Below are positions 57,927 through 64,000 of a stretch of 64,000 nt of DNA, in pieces. The position numbers and the translations under genes are program-made. Under the pieces are notes generated by a model. That model searched no databases. It was not told where the DNA came from and was given only the letters and a program-made list of their open reading frames with translations. Origin of the DNA: Phycisphaerae bacterium (GTDB taxonomy: Bacteria; Planctomycetota; Phycisphaerae; UBA1845; Fen-1342); the NCBI GenBank assembly GCA_963675745.2, contig CAXXWX010000015.1:160001-224000 (forward strand). Direction: 5' to 3'. The number at the start of each line of letters is the position of its first letter. Positions within the stretch are counted from its first letter, which is position 1.

Positions 57927-60497
57927 TTAGTGGGAACGGTGCTGGGGCGTTATGCGCTTGGCGGCCGGCCAGCGGGCTTGCAGTCGCACGAGCAGGCGGC
58001 GCAGTGCCGAGCGGCCTTCTTCCACAACCGGCAGAATGTCAATCCGCCCATACGGGCCGTCCTTACGGTGCAGGAAATAAACGCCGGCCGCGCTGTAGAT
58101 GCTCGTGAACACCAGCAGTGCCACGATGCTCGCAAACCACCCGTGCGAGTGCGGATCGGTCGGGAAGTGCTGCGGGTCTAGCAGTGAGCGCAAGGCATCG
58201 AGCCCCCAGTAGCACGGGATCAACGCCTTGCCAATCAGTGCCAGCGTCCCTTCCAGCGGGCCCAGCGCCTGTGTGAACAGGATCTGCGGCATGATCAGGA
58301 CCACCATCGTTATGACCGCCTTGTCCGTCGTGTCTACGGCACAACTCGCCGCCAGCCCGAGTGCGGTCGCACTGAACGCGATCAGGAACATGGTGATCAG
58401 CAGGGCCAACTCGCTGCCGGCGGCCAGGTCGAGCGGTCCGCCCCAGCGAACAAACAGGTACATCACCAACACCTGCACCGCATTGACCACGCCCAACACC
58501 GCCAGCTTGCTGCCCAGATACGGCAGGATGTGCAGCGTGGCGAAACGCTCGTGCAAGTAGATGCGCAGCTCCTTCACGACCTCTCGAATCGACCCGAACA
58601 GGCCGAGGAAGAACATGCCCACCACCACGGCGAACGTGATGTTCATCTGCCGCGCGCCTTCGGTGGCCCCTTGAGGCAAAGATCCGAAACGGTAGCTCAC
58701 CAGCACGCCGAGTATCGGCGCGAGGCCCAGCAGCAGCGCCAACGCGCGCGCGTCGTTCAACAGCACGCGCGTAAAACGCCGCAACAACACGCGAAACTGC
58801 GTGGCGTACTCGGGTGAGCGCACCACGCGCAGCAAATCCCCGGGCCGGAGCTTGGTACGTCGTTGTTCAAGCGCCGCGTTGTCGGTTTGCGCCTCGAGAC
58901 AGCGACCAGAGCAAGCCCGCGTTTCCTCGAAGCGCTGGGCCCACTCCTCGGCGGTATGGCGCGGTTCACGCCAGAAGACCTCCCGGATATTGTCCACGCC
59001 GAAGTGTTGCTTGAGCTCGGCTGGCGTCCCGTAAAACGCCAGCCGCCCCTGGATGAGATAGATCACCTTGTCGCAGGCTTCGAGGCTGTCGGCGTAGTGC
59101 GTGATGCACAGTGTGGTAACACCGCTGGCGGCCACATCGCGGAAGATCCGCATCATCTCGGCCTCAGTCCGCAGATCCAGACCACTGGTGGCCTCGTCCA
59201 GGAAGAGCGCATTCGGCCGACTCAACAGCTCGATCGCGATTGACACCCGCTTCCTCTGCCCCCCCGACAGGTTGCGCACGGCGACGCCGCGCCGTTCAAA
59301 CAGGCCGACATCACGCAGCACGCGGTCTACGTTTTGCTCGAGCTCTTCGGTTGACGTATCCGGCGGCAGACGGATTTCCGCCGCGTAAGTGAGAGCATCG
59401 GCGACGGTAAGCGCATCGTGGAAGATCAGCTCTTGCGGGACGTAGCCGATGCCGCCCTTGAAGGCGTCGAAGTGGTCGTAGAGGTTGCGGCCGTTGTAGA
59501 GCACCGCGCCCGCGGTCGCCGGCCGACGGCCGTTCATCGCGTCCATCAGCGTCGATTTACCGCAGCCCGCCGTGCCGAATATGCCGACAAACTCCTGCGG
59601 CGCGATCTTCAGACTGACGTCGGCCAGTAGTGGCGTCAGGCGCCCATCGTCCCGGCTGACTACCTGCTTGCCGAGACCCACCAGCTCTATATTGATGCCG
59701 GCGTCGCCGACCTGTTGGGCATGTTGCACGGCGTGCGACGTCAGTTGCCGCCCGTCAAACGCAAGGTCGAGTGATCCGAACCGAACATGATCACCCGCCC
59801 GCAACTGTGCCCGGCCGCGCAGCCGTTGCTCGTTAACGAACGTGCCATTGGCTGACCGCAAGTCACGGATGATCAGGCGCTCATCACGCCGTGTAATCTC
59901 CGCGTGACGACGCGAAACGGTCGGATTCGCCAACTGGCAATCACAATCCTGCCCGCGGCCGATGATCGTGACGGGCCGCTCAAGCCGGATCGCGATGTTC
60001 GGCATCGCCGGTGCATGTCGGCGGCGCGGATCAATCAGTGTGTCCAGCACCTCGGGATCACGAGCCGGGCGCCGCCCCCCCGATCCGGCGCCTGGCATCG
60101 CTGTCTTGGAGGGATCCGTTCGCACGTCGAGATCAGCCGCGGCCGACAGCGGCTGGGCGACCCGCCCGCGCTCGCTGTCGCCGGCACACGACTGCAAGGC
60201 CACGCGCAGAGTCGTGGCGCCAAGCCGCAGCGCGTCGCCGTCGCCAAGCGCCGTCGAAGCGGACACCTGCTGCCCGTTGCGATATGTACCGGACGTGCTG
60301 CCCAAGTCCATTAGCACCAGAACGTTTGACTCGTAGCTGATCTGGCAGTGGACACGACTGACCGCGGTGTCGTTCAGCACGACATCTGCGTCCTCGCCAC
60401 GCCCCAGCAGAATATGTCCGCTGCCCGAGCACTCACGTTCGAAGATCGGCCGCGAGTTGGCATGCTGGCCGGCGGTGAGCGTCAGCCGGTAATGCAT
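57927..60497 (-). CDS. FHA-FHA-ABC transporter fusion (Rv1747-like architecture)
   Basis: Two FHA domains (GR...VSRxH...DLxSxxGT), Walker A GTAGCGKST, LSGGQ, FLDEATSGLD, C-terminal ABC-2 TM helices; RBS GGGAGG. Confidence 0.93.
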   Translation of the reverse strand: MHYRLTLTAGQHANSRPIFERECSGSGHILLGRGEDADVVLNDTAVSRVHCQISYESNVLVLMDLGSTSGTYRNGQQVSASTALGDGDALRLGATTLRVALQSCAGDSERGRVAQPLSAAADLDVRTDPSKTAMPGAGSGGRRPARDPEVLDTLIDPRRRHAPAMPNIAIRLERPVTIIGRGQDCDCQLANPTVSRRHAEITRRDERLIIRDLRSANGTFVNEQRLRGRAQLRAGDHVRFGSLDLAFDGRQLTSHAVQHAQQVGDAGINIELVGLGKQVVSRDDGRLTPLLADVSLKIAPQEFVGIFGTAGCGKSTLMDAMNGRRPATAGAVLYNGRNLYDHFDAFKGGIGYVPQELIFHDALTVADALTYAAEIRLPPDTSTEELEQNVDRVLRDVGLFERRGVAVRNLSGGQRKRVSIAIELLSRPNALFLDEATSGLDLRTEAEMMRIFRDVAASGVTTLCITHYADSLEACDKVIYLIQGRLAFYGTPAELKQHFGVDNIREVFWREPRHTAEEWAQRFEETRACSGRCLEAQTDNAALEQRRTKLRPGDLLRVVRSPEYATQFRVLLRRFTRVLLNDARALALLLGLAPILGVLVSYRFGSLPQGATEGARQMNITFAVVVGMFFLGLFGSIREVVKELRIYLHERFATLHILPYLGSKLAVLGVVNAVQVLVMYLFVRWGGPLDLAAGSELALLITMFLIAFSATALGLAASCAVDTTDKAVITMVVLIMPQILFTQALGPLEGTLALIGKALIPCYWGLDALRSLLDPQHFPTDPHSHGWFASIVALLVFTSIYSAAGVYFLHRKDGPYGRIDILPVVEEGRSALRRLLVRLQARWPAAKRITPQHRSH

Positions 60498-60695
60498 CGG
60501 TCTCGGCACCTCCCAGTATGGCGGGCGACGGGCCGCCGGGCGACCGCGCCGCGAACACCGATGTAGTGCGGTTTCAACACAGTTCTGACGTTCTACGTCG
60601 GCCACGGGGGGCCGACGCTACTTCTGCGTCTGACGTTCTGCCACTTCTGCGACGAGCCGTCGTGCCGGCGGCCAAGTGGCAAGTCGCTACTTGGA

Positions 60696-60775
60696 GAGGC
60701 GTCAAACGCCGCGTTCCCCGCGCAAGAAAATTGTGACGATTTTCGCGTGGGGCTGCTTATCACTTCACGCCTCAT
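60696..60775. promoter_or_regulatory. Symmetric divergent promoter element (copies A and C)
   Basis: GAGGCG..CCCCGCGC..GAAAATTGT-G-ACGATTTTC..GCGTGGGG..CGCCTC imperfect inverted repeat between divergent genes. Confidence 0.55.
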
Positions 60776-60790
60776 TGGCCGGAGGCACGA

Positions 60791-61528
60791 ATGACCATGC
60801 ATCGACCACAATCAACGCTCCAGCTTCAGGAAGCCGCGCGTCCGACGCAAACGCAACCACAGCGGGTACCCGCACGCGTTGTTCCCCGGGACCTGAACCC
60901 GGCGGCGCTACCGGCCGGCGAACGCGCGGCTTCGTCACGGGATCAAACGGCACCCGCCACCGCCGCCGGACGTCCCCGGGGGCGGGCCTGGAAGCTGCTC
61001 GGCGCTGCGGCCGCCGCCCTGGTCGCATGGGCCGTGCTGTTGGCGCCATCTCCACCTGATGGGCCCTCGCACCCGCGCTACCACCACCACATTGAATCTC
61101 CGGCGACAGAGATCATTGTCGGTGACGAGGACATCGACCGGGCCAACACTCAGGCAGCGCGCACCGGTAACGAGGCGACTCTCGCATCCGAACCGCTGGT
61201 CGCAACGCTCACGCCGGGCGCGCGGGCGGAGATACGCGCCGGTGATGCGCGCTATTACCACATCTTCCTTTTTGATAACTGCGACGAAGACGGCGACATC
61301 GTGCAGGTGTACTTCAATGGGGCGCTGCTCGGGGAGGTCCCGATTACCCACGCCGGCACGACTATCTCCGTGCCAGTCACGCAGGGGGCGGCCGGCCTGC
61401 TGCAAATCGTCGCCGTTCACGACGGCCAGGGTGGCATCACGGTCGCATTTCAGACCAGCGCCGGGCGCCGTTATTCCCGGATTCTCCAGGTCGGCGAGAG
61501 CCAGGTGGTCAACGTCGTGGCCCCCTGA
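60791..61528 (+). CDS. Single-pass membrane protein with C-terminal beta-rich domain
   Basis: RBS GGAGG; Pro/Ala-rich N-terminus; TM LLGAAAAALVAWAVLL; FDNCDEDGDIVQVYFNG. Confidence 0.75.
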   Translation: MTMHRPQSTLQLQEAARPTQTQPQRVPARVVPRDLNPAALPAGERAASSRDQTAPATAAGRPRGRAWKLLGAAAAALVAWAVLLAPSPPDGPSHPRYHHHIESPATEIIVGDEDIDRANTQAARTGNEATLASEPLVATLTPGARAEIRAGDARYYHIFLFDNCDEDGDIVQVYFNGALLGEVPITHAGTTISVPVTQGAAGLLQIVAVHDGQGGITVAFQTSAGRRYSRILQVGESQVVNVVAP

Positions 61529-61717
61529 CGCTCAACGGGAGCAAAGCCGTGGTCAACCGTGTCAAAACACTGCTTCAGCAATCACCGGCGTTTCGCTATG
61601 CCGCGCTGGTCGCCGCAATTGGAGTGGCGGTAATGCTGCTCGGGGCGGGCCCCGGCAATACAAGCGCGGCGGGATGACCATGAACCGGAGCACACACGGA
61701 TGAGGACCGGAGGCACC

Positions 61718-62992
61718 ATGCGAGCAAGCCAGCAGAGCGGTCTGGCCGGGCCGCTGGCCAACCCGACCGTGCGGCTGGCACTTCAGGCGCTGATGCTGTT
61801 CTTCATCCAGCGTTACCTCTATGTGCGTCTGCCTTTGCTCACAGTGGCAATCACCGTTTTTGCGGGGTTGGTCGCCGTAACCGCTTACCTGCTGCGGTAT
61901 CGGCGGGCCCCGCTCGTGAAGTGCTATCGCCACACAGCTTGCCGCTGGTTCATCGATCTCGTCTGTCGCTGGACGCGCGAGCAACCGCCGCTGACTGAGC
62001 CCTGCGCTGACTCCGACAACTCACCATCCCCGACAGTGCCGCCGCCGTGTCCGCCACAAACGCCGGCCAAGCCCGGCGCGCGCCCCAGCTCGACAACCGA
62101 GTTGCTGGCGACCGACGGCCTCGATTTCGAGTTGTTGCGCGATAACCTCGCGGACGTCGTTCGCGGATTCGACAATAACATCGGTACGGCCGTGGGGCGC
62201 ATACGACAGAATATGCGGCTGCGGACGGATCGCACCAACCAGGTCGCCGACGCGCCGCTGGGGGTGTTCCTGATCGTCGGTCCGGAGGGTGTCGGCAAGC
62301 GGCATTTTGCGCAGCAGCTCGCGCGCGGCCTTTACCGCTCAGCCGGCATCACCAGCATCGACCTGCGCCGTACCGCGGACGCCGCGGACAGCGTCGATAG
62401 CGTGCTCGGTTTCGACGATCGCAGCGATGGGACGCTCATTCGCGCCGTGCGCACACAGCCGTGCCAGGTGCTGCTGCTCGAGCACGTTGATTGCGCGAGT
62501 CCGGAGCTGCTCAATCGTCTGCGCGGCGTCTTGCTCAACGGGTTCCTGCGCGACGAGCGAAACGGGCACACCATCGCGTTCTCGAATTGTGTGATCGTGT
62601 TGACGACCACGCTTGGCACTGAGGCGTTGGCGCGTCTCGAGGTCGATGACGCCGAGGGCTCTGGCGCCCACCGGCAAACCGCTGATGTCCTGGCCGCGGC
62701 CACGCGTTTGCCAAAGCCGTTCCTGGCTCAGGTCCACGACATTTTGTCGCTACAGCCCCCGCCTCCGCCGCAAATGGCAGAGGTCGTGGCGCTCGTAATG
62801 GAGCAGGAGTGCGATCGCCATCGGCTGCTGCTGCGTTATGTCGCCGCCACCATCATTGCCGACGAGGTGCTCGCACTGGATCGAGAGCATGGCTATGCGC
62901 CGCTGCGGGCGCGCGTGCGCCGACGCCTGCGCGACCCGATTGACCGCGCCCGCCAGGCCGGCGCTGCACATTTGACCCTGCTTGATACGTGA
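61718..62992 (+). CDS. Membrane-anchored, degenerate ClpB-D2-like AAA+ protein
   Basis: RBS GGAGG; N-terminal hydrophobic helices; PLGVFLIVGPEGVGKR, VLLLEHVD, GFLRDERNGHTIAFSNCVIVLTT. Confidence 0.85.
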   Translation: MRASQQSGLAGPLANPTVRLALQALMLFFIQRYLYVRLPLLTVAITVFAGLVAVTAYLLRYRRAPLVKCYRHTACRWFIDLVCRWTREQPPLTEPCADSDNSPSPTVPPPCPPQTPAKPGARPSSTTELLATDGLDFELLRDNLADVVRGFDNNIGTAVGRIRQNMRLRTDRTNQVADAPLGVFLIVGPEGVGKRHFAQQLARGLYRSAGITSIDLRRTADAADSVDSVLGFDDRSDGTLIRAVRTQPCQVLLLEHVDCASPELLNRLRGVLLNGFLRDERNGHTIAFSNCVIVLTTTLGTEALARLEVDDAEGSGAHRQTADVLAAATRLPKPFLAQVHDILSLQPPPPPQMAEVVALVMEQECDRHRLLLRYVAATIIADEVLALDREHGYAPLRARVRRRLRDPIDRARQAGAAHLTLLDT

Positions 62993-63004
62993 GGAGACAC
63001 TCAC

Positions 63005-64000
63005 ATGGCCGAGGACATTCTCGCACGCCTGACCGACAAGCAAGTCCTGCTGCAACTGCTGGAGCAGGCTGACCGCGGCGCACGGCGAAAGATCATTGAA
63101 TCCGACATGTGCGCGCATCTCAGCGCGCGGGTCCGCGGACAGGATCACGTAAACGGTGATCTCGCTCGCCTGATCCGCCTGGAGTGGGGCAAGCAGAGGC
63201 GCACCAAGCCCATTGCCAACCTGCTGTTCCTCGGGCCGCCGGCCGTCGGCAAGACCGAGCTGGCCAAGGCCCTGGCCGAGTACCTGTTCGGCGACGAACG
63301 CAACATGCTGCGATTCAACGGCCCCGACTTCAGCGGGCCCGAGGGCAAAACCCGGCTGATCGGCACGCCGACCGGATATGTCGGCGCCGATGCCGGCGGA
63401 CAGTTGACCCGCCCGATGTTCGGCAACCGTCGCCGGCTGATTCTGTTTGACGAAATCGAGAAAGCCTACGACGGCGTTTATGACCTGTTTCTGCCGCTCC
63501 TGGGTGAAGGGCAACTCACCGAGCAGGGATCCGGACGCGTTGCCGACTACTCCGAATCGATCGTCGTGATGACCACTAACGCCGAGTTTGAGGCGATCGG
63601 CAAGATCACTGAGCAACACGAAGACGAAAACGAGTGCATGGCGGCGGTGAAGGCCCACCTGACGGCCGCCAAGGTCTTCCGGCCCGAGTTATTCAGCCGC
63701 ATCGACCGCGTTTATGTGTTCAAGCCGCTTGAGGGCGTGGTCGTCGCCGAGATCGCGGTCTTGAAGATGGTCGATCTGGCCGCCTCCTATGGCCTGACGC
63801 TTGAGTATGTCGAGCCCGACCTGGTTTTCGAGGCGCTGCAGAAGACGGCCAAGTTCGAACGCTACGACGCCCGCGAAGTCGAGCGCATGCTCGTGCCGAT
63901 GGTCGGCGAGGCGCTCCTGCTCGCACGCGAAGCCGGCGCCCGCCGTATCCGCCTCGAAGTGTCGGAAGACGGCGTTCTCGAAGTAAATCCCGCTCAGGCG
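63005..64000 (+). CDS. Stand-alone ClpB-D2-like AAA+ ATPase (runs off the window; absent from the ORF track)
   Basis: RBS GAGGAG; my translation is open to 64000: RVRGQD, LFLGPPAVGKTELAKALA, RLIGTPTGYVG, ILFDEIEKA, MTTN, FRPELFSRID. Confidence 0.92.
   Translation, partial: MAEDILARLTDKQVLLQLLEQADRGARRKIIESDMCAHLSARVRGQDHVNGDLARLIRLEWGKQRRTKPIANLLFLGPPAVGKTELAKALAEYLFGDERNMLRFNGPDFSGPEGKTRLIGTPTGYVGADAGGQLTRPMFGNRRRLILFDEIEKAYDGVYDLFLPLLGEGQLTEQGSGRVADYSESIVVMTTNAEFEAIGKITEQHEDENECMAAVKAHLTAAKVFRPELFSRIDRVYVFKPLEGVVVAEIAVLKMVDLAASYGLTLEYVEPDLVFEALQKTAKFERYDAREVERMLVPMVGEALLLAREAGARRIRLEVSEDGVLEVNPAQA

Noticed and set aside
51741..64000. Calling the locus a type VI secretion system
   Set aside because: No Hcp, VgrG, sheath, baseplate or TssM-like gene in the window, and the ATPases lack ClpV's N-domain and D1

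Overview
High-GC bacterial DNA, most likely Planctomycetota (Phycisphaerae-like). This assignment is inferred from the TIGR02999-type ECF sigma/Ser-Thr kinase pair, dockerin-like C-terminal tags and Cys-ladder beta-helix proteins. 1-29 kb is mostly core or ordinary: the 3' end of a sigma-70 gene, a ZAS-Ser/Thr kinase, a CsgG-like lipoprotein, Rrf2, HNH, STAS, HD-GYP, sppA, ugd, a tandem-domain queD-like gene plus a queuosine-precursor transporter, a TetR with two visible operators, pyrG and kdsB. 29-51 kb surrounds tRNA-Val(CAC) and holds a cluster of large secreted proteins: a beta-helix repeat protein, a C10 peptidase, a frameshifted fibre-like protein and a P-domain protein. Several share a dockerin-like tag and are rich in D-P-N tripeptides, and an ECF sigma plus kinase-WD40 pair lies divergent from them. 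51.7-64 kb is the most unusual part. It is a divergent locus with an M48 peptidase, a Ser/Thr kinase carrying two N-terminal sigma-related modules, two CsgG/FlgT-like lipoproteins, an FHA-FHA-ABC exporter, a membrane-anchored protein and two tandem ClpB-D2-only AAA+ proteins. One of these is membrane-anchored and appears catalytically dead; the other is intact and missing from the ORF track. The three transcription units share a repeated upstream motif. No CRISPR array, integrase or transposase is visible. All calls come from reading motifs by eye; no database search was run.
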